A DNA stretch of 64,000 nucleotides. Origin: a virus (taxonomy: Duplodnaviria; Heunggongvirae; Uroviricota; Caudoviricetes). The DNA is taken from positions 4,588-68,587 of IMG/VR virus record IMGVR_UViG_3300020577_006835, one strand, 5' to 3'. The notes beneath the pieces are model-generated. The model ran no database searches. It was given only the letters and a program-made list of their open reading frames with translations, and was not told where the DNA came from. Positions 35,964 through 44,947 of this stretch are shown here, in pieces. Both the position numbers and the translations under genes were made by a program. The first letter of the stretch is position 1, and every line of letters begins with the position of its first letter.

Positions 35964-36890
35964 GTGATCACGCTCGACGTCTCCAGGCTCGACACCAAGC
36001 AGACCGAGATCGCGCGCACGCTGCTCTGCGACGACCGCCTGATCAGGTTGGGCACCGACCCGGGTGGCGTGCCTGTCGTCTTGAAGCCGCTCGACGACGT
36101 GGACTCGCAGATCGTGATCGACGTCGACGACCGTCCCCCTGTCGACCTGCTGTACCCTCACAAGCGGGGTGTGTGCGTCTACCTCAAGCTCCAGGTTCAC
36201 GACCCGGCCTGGTACGAGGGCAAGCAGCAGACCGACCTGCTCCTGCTCAGCATGCCGATGCTGCTGGGCGGCTCGAAGATCTACGTGATGGCGCCTGACG
36301 AGGATGGTCTGCACACGTTCGCACGCACGATCCTGAGTCGCCCGGACTACGCAGACAGACAGAAGGACCTGGGCTGCTCGTTCATCGGGGCCATGACCTG
36401 CCAGGCCAGGGCCGACGCGCTGACGCTGCTCGTCAACCAGGTCAAGGGCATGGCCTACGTCGTGGCCAAGCCAGGCCACGCGACCGCCGACCAGGCGACC
36501 GTGCCGTACGACGAGTACATCAAGGTCTCGCGCCGTAGCCGGGTGTGCGCCTCGCTGAACGGCCAGGGTCCGTTCTGCTTGAAGGACGGCGAGCTGTTCA
36601 GCAACGCCTGCGCCGTGCTGCGCCAGGACCACCCTGCGCTGCACATCAACTCGCTGAGCCCGCAGCACCGCCGGCAGTGGTTCGTGGCCGCCACCAAGGA
36701 CATGCCGGACGCAGCCACCGAGCTTCTCGCGAACCCGAAGCTGTGCGAGGAGCTGGCCGTGGCCGGCTGGTCGTACCTGCACAGCGCCTTGTTCGAGCGC
36801 CGCTTCGCCAACGTGTACGCGCCCGCGGTGCACACGTTCCTCACCACCGGCAAGCGTGACGACTGCGAGGGCATCTTGCTTGGCAGCTAG
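35964..36890 (+). CDS. Glycosyltransferase-like protein (GT-B, CgeB/YkvP-like C-terminus)
   Basis: YDEYIKVSRRSRVCASLNGQG...GELFSNACAVL...ELLANP.LCEELA.AG. Confidence 0.55.
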   Translation: MITLDVSRLDTKQTEIARTLLCDDRLIRLGTDPGGVPVVLKPLDDVDSQIVIDVDDRPPVDLLYPHKRGVCVYLKLQVHDPAWYEGKQQTDLLLLSMPMLLGGSKIYVMAPDEDGLHTFARTILSRPDYADRQKDLGCSFIGAMTCQARADALTLLVNQVKGMAYVVAKPGHATADQATVPYDEYIKVSRRSRVCASLNGQGPFCLKDGELFSNACAVLRQDHPALHINSLSPQHRRQWFVAATKDMPDAATELLANPKLCEELAVAGWSYLHSALFERRFANVYAPAVHTFLTTGKRDDCEGILLGS

Positions 36891-36927
36891 GGGTGTCAGA
36901 AACCCTCCCGGCGCGCGTCTTCTAGAC

Positions 36928-37068
36928 ATGGAAAGCAGAGAGATGACCAACGCCGAGCTGATGGACCTGAAGCACGCGATCGAGGCCGAGTGCGCCCGGT
37001 TGGGGGTGACCCCGAAGCAGTACCTGGCGTTCATCGAGAAGCTTCGTCAGGAGGAGGAAGGCAAGTGA
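36928..37068 (+). CDS. Small hypothetical protein
   Basis: 46 aa, coupled to the next gene. Confidence 0.5.
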   Translation: MESREMTNAELMDLKHAIEAECARLGVTPKQYLAFIEKLRQEEEGK

Positions 37069-37373
37069 TGACCACCCAGCAGCAGATCGCAGCCGTCGAC
37101 CGTGAGCGCGCCCGGGTGCGTACCCGTGCCGCCGAGATCGCCCGTGCTCGCGGCCTGTCGGCCGAGCGCGTGGCCGCGTCAGCCCTGAAGGCGCTGCGCC
37201 ACGACGACCCCCGGTGCTGCTGGGAGTGCGGCGAGCCCCTGACCGGGGAGAAGCTCGGCGAGGCCCACGCCGCGTGCGAGGCGCGGTACGACGACTACCG
37301 CGAGCGCCGGCAGCAGGCCCTGCTGGCCGACGAGCCCTGGCCGCTGGTCGACCTGATCCGCGGCACGCTGTAG
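37068..37373 (+). CDS. Hypothetical protein
   Basis: GGAGGAAGG SD; CWECG...H..C. Confidence 0.6.
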   Translation: MTTQQQIAAVDRERARVRTRAAEIARARGLSAERVAASALKALRHDDPRCCWECGEPLTGEKLGEAHAACEARYDDYRERRQQALLADEPWPLVDLIRGTL

Positions 37374-37381
37374 GGCGCCGG

Positions 37382-37912
37382 TCAGCTCTCCGGCAGAGCC
37401 CTGACGCAGGCCTCTCGCACGACCTCCTCCTCGTTGGGGAAGGTGCCGTTCGAGGTCTCCAGGTCGACCCAGCGCTCCCCGTCGGTACGGGTGTGAAGCC
37501 CGGTCACCGTGGCCTCCTCGCGGCAGCGCGAGTCGAGCGGCCGCCAGACCAGCCTGTCGCCGACGCTCAGAGGCCCTGTCAGCGCGTATCGGCCGGCGTG
37601 CTGGGCGTGGCAGAGGATGTGGTGCATGATGCGCTCCACGACGCCCGCAGCGTCTCCGGGGATGTCCCCGACCAGCCCGATCTCGAAGCAGAGCGTGGCG
37701 CAGGCCCAGGAGAACCCCTTCCGCTCCAGGTTGTCGACCAGAGCGATCTCCAGGTTGGCACGCATCTTGTCGGACTGCTTCAAGTAGAAGGTGTGAGCCT
37801 TCTTGAACTCGTCGGCCTGCTCGAACCCGCCGGACAGGAACCGCGTCGCCTCGTCCAGCTCCCCCAGCAGCTCCAGCCATTCCGCCAGCGTCTGCCACGT
37901 CTTCACCTTCAT
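37382..37912 (-). CDS. Hypothetical protein (MKVKTWQTL...)
   Basis: GGAGG SD; its ATG overlaps the HNH stop (ATGA). Confidence 0.65.
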   Translation of the reverse strand: MKVKTWQTLAEWLELLGELDEATRFLSGGFEQADEFKKAHTFYLKQSDKMRANLEIALVDNLERKGFSWACATLCFEIGLVGDIPGDAAGVVERIMHHILCHAQHAGRYALTGPLSVGDRLVWRPLDSRCREEATVTGLHTRTDGERWVDLETSNGTFPNEEEVVREACVRALPES

Positions 37913-38433
37913 CCGTTCCGACCTCCGTTTCCACCTGTTGAGAGCCCAGCCGGGGACTCCAACCCCGCTCCCCCGCTTACAAGGCGGGCGCGTCGAGCCT
38001 CTACGCTTGCCGGGCGCGTGATGTGAGTGCGTATCCGGTGGCAGTTGGAGCAGACCACGTCGCACTTGGCGATCTCAGCCTTGATGCGTTCGACGGCGGC
38101 CAACGTGTGCACTTTAGTGGACGATGCCCCTATCGTCAGGACTTTCACTGCACCCTCGCGGTGGTCGAAATCCATGACGCACACAGGGAAACACTGCTGG
38201 CAGTCTGCGCATGGCTTACTTTTTGCTTGTTCGATGACCTCTCTGACCAGCGCGCGGCATCGTCGCTGGTGCTCCCTCGCTCGCCGCTTGTACCTGTCAG
38301 CGTTCTTGGAGTAGTGCTCCCGGGTGTAATCCCGGACACAGAATTTACACCAGGCGTTGCGGGTGTTGTTCAGCTTGTCCTTGAAGTGGAACGACTCCAC
38401 CCGTCGAGGCTGCTTGCAGCGGGTACACTCCAT
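37909..38433 (-). CDS. tRNA-associated HNH endonuclease (paralog of 33394)
   Basis: KPCADC...VMDFDH...IAKCDVVCSNCHRIRT. Confidence 0.85.
   Translation of the reverse strand: MECTRCKQPRRVESFHFKDKLNNTRNAWCKFCVRDYTREHYSKNADRYKRRAREHQRRCRALVREVIEQAKSKPCADCQQCFPVCVMDFDHREGAVKVLTIGASSTKVHTLAAVERIKAEIAKCDVVCSNCHRIRTHITRPASVEARRARLVSGGAGLESPAGLSTGGNGGRNG
37943..38015 (-). tRNA. tRNA-Thr (TGT), non-canonical and possibly degenerate
   Basis: GCCCGGC/GCTGGGC, CCCGC-CTTGTAA-GCGGG; T-loop TTGGAGT and A8 deviate from consensus. Confidence 0.7.
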
Positions 38434-38472
38434 GCTCTTGGTAATACCACTGTGTGCTTTCTAATCACAGAG

Positions 38473-38545
38473 AGCCACACCGGGGACTTGAACCCCGCAT
38501 CGCCTCCTTACCAAAGAGGTGCCCCGCCATCTGGGCCTGTGCGGC
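38473..38545 (-). tRNA. tRNA-Thr (GGT)
   Basis: GCCGCAC/GTGTGGC, anticodon loop TTGGTAA, CGGGG-TTCAAGT-CCCCG; A at position 8. Confidence 0.85.
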
Positions 38546-38549
38546 AGAG

Positions 38550-38623
38550 AGCCCGAGGTCGGAGTCGAACCGACGACCTCCGCGTTACGAATGCGGCGCT
38601 CTGGCCAGCTGAGCTACCCGGGC
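38550..38623 (-). tRNA. tRNA-Thr (CGT)
   Basis: GCCCGGG/CTCGGGC, anticodon loop TTCGTAA, GTCGG-TTCGACT-CCGAC. Confidence 0.93.
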
Positions 38624-39167
38624 AAGGAGGTCACCATGGCACAAACCGACCGTGAAGATCAACCAGATGGGTCTCCACGTTCGAAGTGTGACGCACTGTG
38701 TCAAACCTGTCAGCGCAGTGCGTCATAACTCTCTATTTACAGGATTGTCAGTAGGCGTAGTCCTTCTCTCCCAACGGTCTGAGACCCTCTTGACAGGGGG
38801 TGTATAAAGCTCGCACCCTGTTTGGGTTGTGTGATTTTAAAGATTGACGGTCAGTGAGAGTGAGAAAGAGCAGTTCAACAGATCGAGATGAGAGAGCGCA
38901 ACAGCGAGATCAACAGAGCGAAGAAGAGAAGAGATCAACAGAGAGAAAGAGAGAAGAGAAGAACAAGAACGGGTTGTTGATCACCAGCTCGTTGAAAAGG
39001 CCAGAGCTGCGTCCACCTCACGGAGAACCAGGCAGAAGAAGGAGACCTACTTCAAGAAGGTCGAGATCGAGAAAAAGACAAAGGGTTGTAGATTTCCCTT
39101 GAAGTCGATTTCCAGATCGAGTAGACGACCCTCCCTCTCTGAAAAACCCAAACGAGTTGGAGGTCTG

Positions 39168-40649
39168 GTGCTGCAGTTCGAATACGGTGACGTCTACACG
39201 AGGTTCACCGGAGAAGCTGAAGATCTCCAGGCCGTACGGAAGATCCTGACTCTCAAAGAGACCAAGAACCAACCAGAAACCTATCTGTTCGAAGACAACC
39301 AGTTCCTCACCGGACTCCTACCCTCTCTCTGCAGAAAACTCTCCTCATCGAAGAAACCCATTCCCTACGAGATTGTCGGACAAGAACCTCCTCCTGACCC
39401 AGATACCCTCTCTGTAGATCCAAAAATTCTCAGAGGTGTAGAACTCTACGAAGATCAACAAGCCATTGTCTGGAAAGCTCTGTACAACAGAAGAGGATTG
39501 ATCTGTTCACCAACAGCATCAGGCAAAACGATCATCTCTGCTTCCATCGCGAAGATCCTCGAAGTCAATCAAGGACTCTCTACCCTCATGGTAGTGCCTG
39601 GCCAGGCATCCATGGATCAAGCTGCAGAACGCTGGAATGAGTACGGACTCGCACCTGTAGGAAGACTCGGAGACTCACACAGAGAACTCGACAAGTTCCA
39701 CCTTGTAGCCGTTGTCAACTCTCTTCATGAAGGTCTGAAAAGAAAAGACAAGAGACTGATCAAGTGGTTGGATGAAGTAGGTGTCCTTCTACTGATGGAG
39801 ACCCATCATCTCCCCTCACGCATGTGGTCGACAGTGGGATATTCTATCTCGGTGCCGTACCGGATCGGACTCTCAGCAACACCATTCTCGACGCAACAAG
39901 GCCCAACGACCCCTGACGATTACAGACTCCTAGGAATCACCGGAGACATCTTCGCCTACGTCGACGATGCCACCTTGATGAACCGCGGTCGCACTGCGAC
40001 CCCACGTGTCCACTTCCTCTCTGCCGGCTCTGAATGGCTCGGCCCTGAGAACAACTGGCACGTGGTTCGAAAGGTTGGGATCAACGAGAACACCACCCGG
40101 AACGACATGATCTCAGAGCTGTCCGCCAAGCTCGCCCTGGCCGGCAAGAAGGTACTTGTCCTGGTCAACGAGGTGACGCACGGCAAGCAGCTGGCGAGAT
40201 CGGTTTCGAAGAGGATGGGCAAGGCCCTCCTCTACAAGGGTCAGTCGAAGCTCTTGAGCTACGCCAACGGCGTGGAGCAGCACACGCAGCACGTGTCCAT
40301 CACCAACCTGGTGAAGATGCTCCGCGAGATCGAGTTCTACACGGTCATCGGCTCCCCAGCCATCAAGGAGGACGCCGACCTGCCTGAGTGCAACGTGCTC
40401 ATCATGGCAGGCGGAGGGAAATCCTTCAGGGGCATCATCCAGAAGGCTGGCAGGGTGCTGAGACCGAAGCCGGGTCAGAACAAGGTCGACATCATCGACT
40501 TCGAGGACCGGGACTCGTTCGTTCTCCGTGCGCAGTCGAAGCATCGACGGAAGCTCTACAGCGAGAAGTACGCTGGCGCGAAGGGCTTCACGATCCAGGA
40601 CTACAACAGCGTAAATGGGGTTCTGACAGCAGTCCTCTCGGAGACGTAA
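39168..40649 (+). CDS. SF2 helicase (UvsW-like)
   Basis: SPTASGKT, GLSATP, QKAGRVLR, IIDFED; Walker B reads METHH; GGAGG SD before GTG 39168. Confidence 0.85.
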   Translation: MLQFEYGDVYTRFTGEAEDLQAVRKILTLKETKNQPETYLFEDNQFLTGLLPSLCRKLSSSKKPIPYEIVGQEPPPDPDTLSVDPKILRGVELYEDQQAIVWKALYNRRGLICSPTASGKTIISASIAKILEVNQGLSTLMVVPGQASMDQAAERWNEYGLAPVGRLGDSHRELDKFHLVAVVNSLHEGLKRKDKRLIKWLDEVGVLLLMETHHLPSRMWSTVGYSISVPYRIGLSATPFSTQQGPTTPDDYRLLGITGDIFAYVDDATLMNRGRTATPRVHFLSAGSEWLGPENNWHVVRKVGINENTTRNDMISELSAKLALAGKKVLVLVNEVTHGKQLARSVSKRMGKALLYKGQSKLLSYANGVEQHTQHVSITNLVKMLREIEFYTVIGSPAIKEDADLPECNVLIMAGGGKSFRGIIQKAGRVLRPKPGQNKVDIIDFEDRDSFVLRAQSKHRRKLYSEKYAGAKGFTIQDYNSVNGVLTAVLSET

Positions 40650-40675
40650 CCGAGCGGGATGGGGTGTGGTGGACA

Positions 40676-42028
40676 GTGCAGACAAAGACCTATGGGTACG
40701 ATGAGGCTTTCCAGGCGAAGGTGGTGGCTCTGGTTCTCCGCGAGCCGACCTTCTTGCCGCAGTACAACCAGGACGTGCTGCCGGCCTACTTCGACGACCC
40801 CCACTGTGCCGAGCTGATCTCGGTCGCCAAGGAGTACTACGAGGAGAGGAGCCAGGTCCCGATCTGGGATACGATGAAGATCGAGCTGCTGGACCGCCTG
40901 AACAGCAGCGCCAGCTACACGCCGGGCTTCAAGAACGCCTGCATGACGCTGCTGTACGACGTCTACCAGGTCAACATGGACCGGATCTCGCAGGTGGCGG
41001 ACAAGGTGGTCGAGTTCGCCCGTGCGCGGCAGATGGAGGCCCTGATCTACCAGCTGACCGACATGCTGAACTCGAACCAGCCTGTCGACGAACAGTGGGA
41101 GCTGATCGACAAGGCCAGGGTCAACTCGGATGCGGCCGGCGAGGAGCTGGACATCGGCACCAACCTGGTCAACCTGTCGCAGCTGGTCGAGGCCGACGGC
41201 CTCTACAACCCGCAGCTGAAGATCAAGACGCTGATCCCGTCGCTGGACGAGATCACTGCGGGCGGCCTGGGCCGCAAGGAGTGCGGTCTGATCCTCGCTC
41301 CGACCGGCGCCGGCAAGTCGACGTTCCTCGTCAACATGGGCGCTGCGGCCGCGCTGCAGGGCTTCTCGGTGATCCACTTCTCGGTCAACGAGCTGGAGAA
41401 CATCGACCTCGCAGTCCGCTACGGCGCTCGCATCACCGGCCTGCCCGTGACCGAGATCACGAGCGGCCGTGCCAAGCCGTTCTTCGCCCAGGCGCTGCGC
41501 AACGCGACCCGTGAGCGTGGCCTGAGCCTGGTTTCACAGTACGTGCAGAACGGGACCTCGGTCTCCTCTCTGCGCAGCTTCATCTCCCGTCGCCGCTACA
41601 AGCAGGGCGTGGCGCCTGACATGATCATCATCGACAACGCGGACGGCCTGACCTCGTCCAAGAGGGCCACCGACCAGTACTCCGAGCTGGGCCAGGTGTA
41701 CACCGAGCTGAAGGGGTTGGCGCACGACTTCGGCGTTGCCATCTGGGCCGACTCGCAGACCAACAGGTCCGGCGTCGGTGCGGAGCAGGTCACGCTCGGC
41801 ATGATCGGCGACTCGTACCGCAAGGCGTGCAAGGCCGATCTGATCTTGACGCTGTCGCAGACCAAGGAGGAGGACGAGAAGAACCTCTGCCGTCTCGTGA
41901 TGGTCAAGGCCCGCCGCACGGAGCGCGGCAAGACCTCGATCCGCTGCTCGATCGACCGCCAGCGCATGACGCTGCAGGAGGTGGTCGGCGAGCCCAAGAC
42001 CGAGACCGTGCTGGCGCTCGCGAGCTAG
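40676..42028 (+). CDS. Replicative DnaB-like helicase
   Basis: APTGAGKS, HFSVNE, MIIIDNAD, IWADSQTNR, KACKAD, KARR; start uncertain. Confidence 0.9.
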   Translation: MQTKTYGYDEAFQAKVVALVLREPTFLPQYNQDVLPAYFDDPHCAELISVAKEYYEERSQVPIWDTMKIELLDRLNSSASYTPGFKNACMTLLYDVYQVNMDRISQVADKVVEFARARQMEALIYQLTDMLNSNQPVDEQWELIDKARVNSDAAGEELDIGTNLVNLSQLVEADGLYNPQLKIKTLIPSLDEITAGGLGRKECGLILAPTGAGKSTFLVNMGAAAALQGFSVIHFSVNELENIDLAVRYGARITGLPVTEITSGRAKPFFAQALRNATRERGLSLVSQYVQNGTSVSSLRSFISRRRYKQGVAPDMIIIDNADGLTSSKRATDQYSELGQVYTELKGLAHDFGVAIWADSQTNRSGVGAEQVTLGMIGDSYRKACKADLILTLSQTKEEDEKNLCRLVMVKARRTERGKTSIRCSIDRQRMTLQEVVGEPKTETVLALAS

Positions 42029-42034
42029 CAGTAG

Positions 42035-42064
42035 TTGACACACCTTGGGGTCTGGTGCTAAGTC
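42035..42064 (+). promoter_or_regulatory. Sigma70-like promoter
   Basis: TTGACA-N18-TAAGTC with TGC. Confidence 0.8.
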
Positions 42065-42140
42065 CGCGTGAAGCGGAGCGACAAGCAAGAATGGAGGCAG
42101 GCATGGGATTGCTACCAGGCCCCAAGGTCGAGGTCAGCGA

Positions 42141-42350
42141 ATGGCACTCCTGACGCTGGACGAGATGCGCGAGCATCTCAAGAAGCACAAGATGGAAGGC
42201 GACAAGTGCGGCAAGTGCGGCTGCACGATCTCGACCACGGTCACCGGCCGGCAGCGTGTCTCGGACGGCTGGCGCTGCGACAACTGCTACTTCGACGAGC
42301 TGGGTGAGTTCGTCGAGCAGAACCCGATCGGCGGGCACCTGCGCAGATGA
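42141..42350 (+). CDS. Small Zn-finger protein
   Basis: CGKCG...CDNCY; GAGGT SD. Confidence 0.65.
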   Translation: MALLTLDEMREHLKKHKMEGDKCGKCGCTISTTVTGRQRVSDGWRCDNCYFDELGEFVEQNPIGGHLRR

Positions 42351-42571
42351 GCCTCTTCGGCAAGTACTGGGTGCACTGCTCCATCTGCGCCAAGGGTGTG
42401 CAGGTGGAGGCAGGCGGCAAGCCGATGTGGCGTAGAGAGCCTGGTCTGGCGTGCAGCTTGGAGTGTGCCCACGAACTAGAGCGGCGCGAGTCGCGCGCCG
42501 TCATGGGCGAGGACACACCCTCCTACGGCACCGACTCGTGGCGCGCGTGGCGTGCTAGGGGTCAAGACTAA
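42347..42571 (+). CDS. Small Cys-containing protein
   Basis: CSIC...ACSLEC; ATGA coupling. Confidence 0.6.
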   Translation: MSLFGKYWVHCSICAKGVQVEAGGKPMWRREPGLACSLECAHELERRESRAVMGEDTPSYGTDSWRAWRARGQD

Positions 42572-42605
42572 ATTCGTAGAAACCCAAACCGTTTGCAGAA
42601 AGCGG

Positions 42606-42635
42606 TTGACAGAAAATTCCGAACAGTGCTAGGCG
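42606..42635 (+). promoter_or_regulatory. Sigma70-like promoter
   Basis: TTGACA-N18-TAGGCG with TGC. Confidence 0.7.
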
Positions 42636-42789
42636 TGGAGGTCCGGGAAGCGGACTTGTCTGGCGACCGGTCCGTGGTGAGAGAGTGAACCCGGAGTGTC
42701 CAAGGCTGGTTCTCCCGGTCTACTCTCTCACCTTCCCGTCCCTCAGATCTCTCGCCCGGCACACCACCGCTCACGCGGTACGAGGGTCG

Positions 42790-43752
42790 ATGCCTGCGGT
42801 AGACTACTATCCGGTGCGTGCTCTAGGGCTCGACACCAAGGACGGCAAGCTCACCTCCAGGGGTGGCAACTTCGCCGTCAACTGCCCGAAGTGCGTGAGT
42901 CGCGGCGAGCCGAAGCCGGACACCAAGCACAGGTTGCACATCTGTGTCGACCCTGGTGCCAAGGGGTTCGGCTCGTACCACTGCTTCCGTTGCGGCTGGA
43001 AGGGCAAGGTCAAGAAGTCGACCGACCTCGACGTGTCGCTGCTGGCCGGCAGACGGCTGCGGCAGCGCAACGAGATGGACGCTCTGATGGCGTCCGAGAG
43101 GAAGGTCGAGGCGCAGGAGAAGGCGCGAGCCAGCGTCTCTCTGCCCGAGGACTTCGTCAGGCTGCACCCTGGGCTGCACGCCTACGACTACATGATCAAG
43201 CGCGGTGTGACACCGGAGGACATCGAGTACTACCAGCTCGGTGTCGCCGGTGGCCGCATCGTGTTCCCCGACTACGACGAGCACGGCAAGCTCTGCTACT
43301 GGGTCTCCAGGTCGTACGACAACAGCAACCCGAAGTACCTGAACGCGACGACCACGGTCCGCGACGAGCAGATCTACAACTACGGCCGCTTCGTGCGCGA
43401 GGGGTTCCGTGTCGGCACTCTGGTCGAGGGTCCGATCTCCAGCATCGTCGCCGGCCGTGACGCCTTCGCCGCGTACGGGACGGCTATCACGCCGCACCAG
43501 ATCGAGCGCATCTTCGCTCTCAAGCTGAAGAGGCTCTACCTGTCGCTGGACCCGGACGCGCGCAAGAAGGCTGTCGAGTACGCCAAGGTCCTTGTGCGCG
43601 GTGTCGAAGAGCTGTACCTGGTGCCGGTCCCGAAGCTAGAAGACCCAGCCAGTATGGGGAGAGAGGCCTACGCCGAGTTCCGCGCAGAGAACTCTCTGCG
43701 GTACACGTCGTCGACCAAGGACGTTGTCGCGAAGTATTTGCTTGCAGCTTGA
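42790..43752 (+). CDS. DNA primase (Zn-finger plus TOPRIM)
   Basis: CPKC...YHCFRCG, RIVFP, LVEGPIS, LSLDPDA. Confidence 0.88.
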   Translation: MPAVDYYPVRALGLDTKDGKLTSRGGNFAVNCPKCVSRGEPKPDTKHRLHICVDPGAKGFGSYHCFRCGWKGKVKKSTDLDVSLLAGRRLRQRNEMDALMASERKVEAQEKARASVSLPEDFVRLHPGLHAYDYMIKRGVTPEDIEYYQLGVAGGRIVFPDYDEHGKLCYWVSRSYDNSNPKYLNATTTVRDEQIYNYGRFVREGFRVGTLVEGPISSIVAGRDAFAAYGTAITPHQIERIFALKLKRLYLSLDPDARKKAVEYAKVLVRGVEELYLVPVPKLEDPASMGREAYAEFRAENSLRYTSSTKDVVAKYLLAA

Positions 43753-43761
43753 ACGGAGGTA

Positions 43762-44037
43762 GTGGTGCAGGAGAGGAATGAGATCGACGTCGTCGTCGAC
43801 CAGGCGGTCCCGACCAAGGAGACGGAGCTGGTCTTGCACGACGAGCAGACGCGGACGCCGATGGTGAAGATCACGGTCGGCGAGCAGTTCTGCCTCAAGG
43901 GTGTCTGGTTCGAGGTTAGCGAGGTGGCCGAGGGTCAGCTGACCATGCAGGCGCGAGGCTACACCGGGCGCAAGCTCAAGGAGCTGGCGCAGCGGGTCAA
44001 GGATCAGCGGTCCGGGAAGGACAAGCGGAGAGGCTGA
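43762..44037 (+). CDS. Hypothetical protein
   Basis: GGAGG SD. Confidence 0.6.
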   Translation: MVQERNEIDVVVDQAVPTKETELVLHDEQTRTPMVKITVGEQFCLKGVWFEVSEVAEGQLTMQARGYTGRKLKELAQRVKDQRSGKDKRRG

Positions 44038-44657
44038 TGTCCCTCGCCGAACGCTGGGCCGACTGGTGCGAGGAGATGGCACTCGGTCGGGTCGCACCCG
44101 AGCTGTGGCCGTCGATCATGGCGGTCTACAACAACCCGCTCAGGCACTACCACACGGGCGAGCACATCAAGGACGTGATCGGGCGACTCGACGAGCTGTA
44201 CCGAGCCGGCTACACGCTCAATGTCTGGCCCAACGTCTACATGGCGGCCGTGTTCCACGACTTCGTGTACGACCCGCGCTCCAAGCAGAACGAGGAGGAC
44301 AGTGCGCTGGTCTGCTACTCGATCACCGGCTCCGTGATCAGCCGCAACCTGGTGCTGGCCACCAAGCACACTGGGCTCGGCGAGTCCCGCGCAGCTGCCG
44401 CTCTGCTTGACGCTGACCTGGCCGGTCTCGGAGCCGACTTCGACACCTTCTGGGAGGTAGGGCTGCAGATCAGGCGGGAGTACGCCTTCGTGCCGCTCGA
44501 AGCCTTCGTGCGCGGCCGCACCGCGTTCTACGAGTCGATGCTGAAGAGGCCGATCTTCTCGACCGACTACTTCCGAGAGAAGTTCGAGGACCGGGCCAAG
44601 GACAACATGCGCCAGGCCATCGACTGGATGCGCATGGGAAGGATGATCGACGCGTGA
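44037..44657 (+). CDS. HD-superfamily metal-dependent phosphohydrolase
   Basis: RHYHT..HI, FHDFVYDP....NEEDSA, LLDADLA.LG. Confidence 0.88.
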   Translation: MSLAERWADWCEEMALGRVAPELWPSIMAVYNNPLRHYHTGEHIKDVIGRLDELYRAGYTLNVWPNVYMAAVFHDFVYDPRSKQNEEDSALVCYSITGSVISRNLVLATKHTGLGESRAAAALLDADLAGLGADFDTFWEVGLQIRREYAFVPLEAFVRGRTAFYESMLKRPIFSTDYFREKFEDRAKDNMRQAIDWMRMGRMIDA

Positions 44658-44947
44658 GACGCAGAACCTTCCTCAAGGCCTTCATCGGCGTCCTCGCCGC
44701 AGCGGCCGCGCCCAAGCTGCTCAAGGAGCCTGCTGCAGAAGGCAAGCTGCTAAGCCAGCCGGTCTACCTGCACCAGGAGTTCCCCGGCCAGAGCTACCGC
44801 GACGCCGGCTACGTCTACGCCCCGTACATCCCGCTCTACACGACGCCAACCGTGATGGTCGACGACTTCATTGAGAGCCGCGGGTTGGCCACACACTACG
44901 GCAAGAAGGCCATCAACCAGGACTTCTACGCGACGAGGGCGCTCTGA
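44654..44947 (+). CDS. Twin-arginine (Tat)-like signal fused to a T4 gp23-like major capsid C-terminal fragment
   Basis: MRRRTFLK plus hydrophobic stretch; DAGYVYAPYIPLYTTPT...DF...RGLATHYGKK...DFY. Confidence 0.65.
   Translation: MRRRTFLKAFIGVLAAAAAPKLLKEPAAEGKLLSQPVYLHQEFPGQSYRDAGYVYAPYIPLYTTPTVMVDDFIESRGLATHYGKKAINQDFYATRAL

Noticed and set aside
38854-39102. 82-aa ORF before the helicase
   Set aside because: Low-complexity translation of the AG-rich tract with no motif or clear SD.
42636-42690. Extra guide unit after the 42606 promoter
   Set aside because: It has a GTC-TGGC-GAC hairpin and similar spacing, but no outer stem and the register is off.
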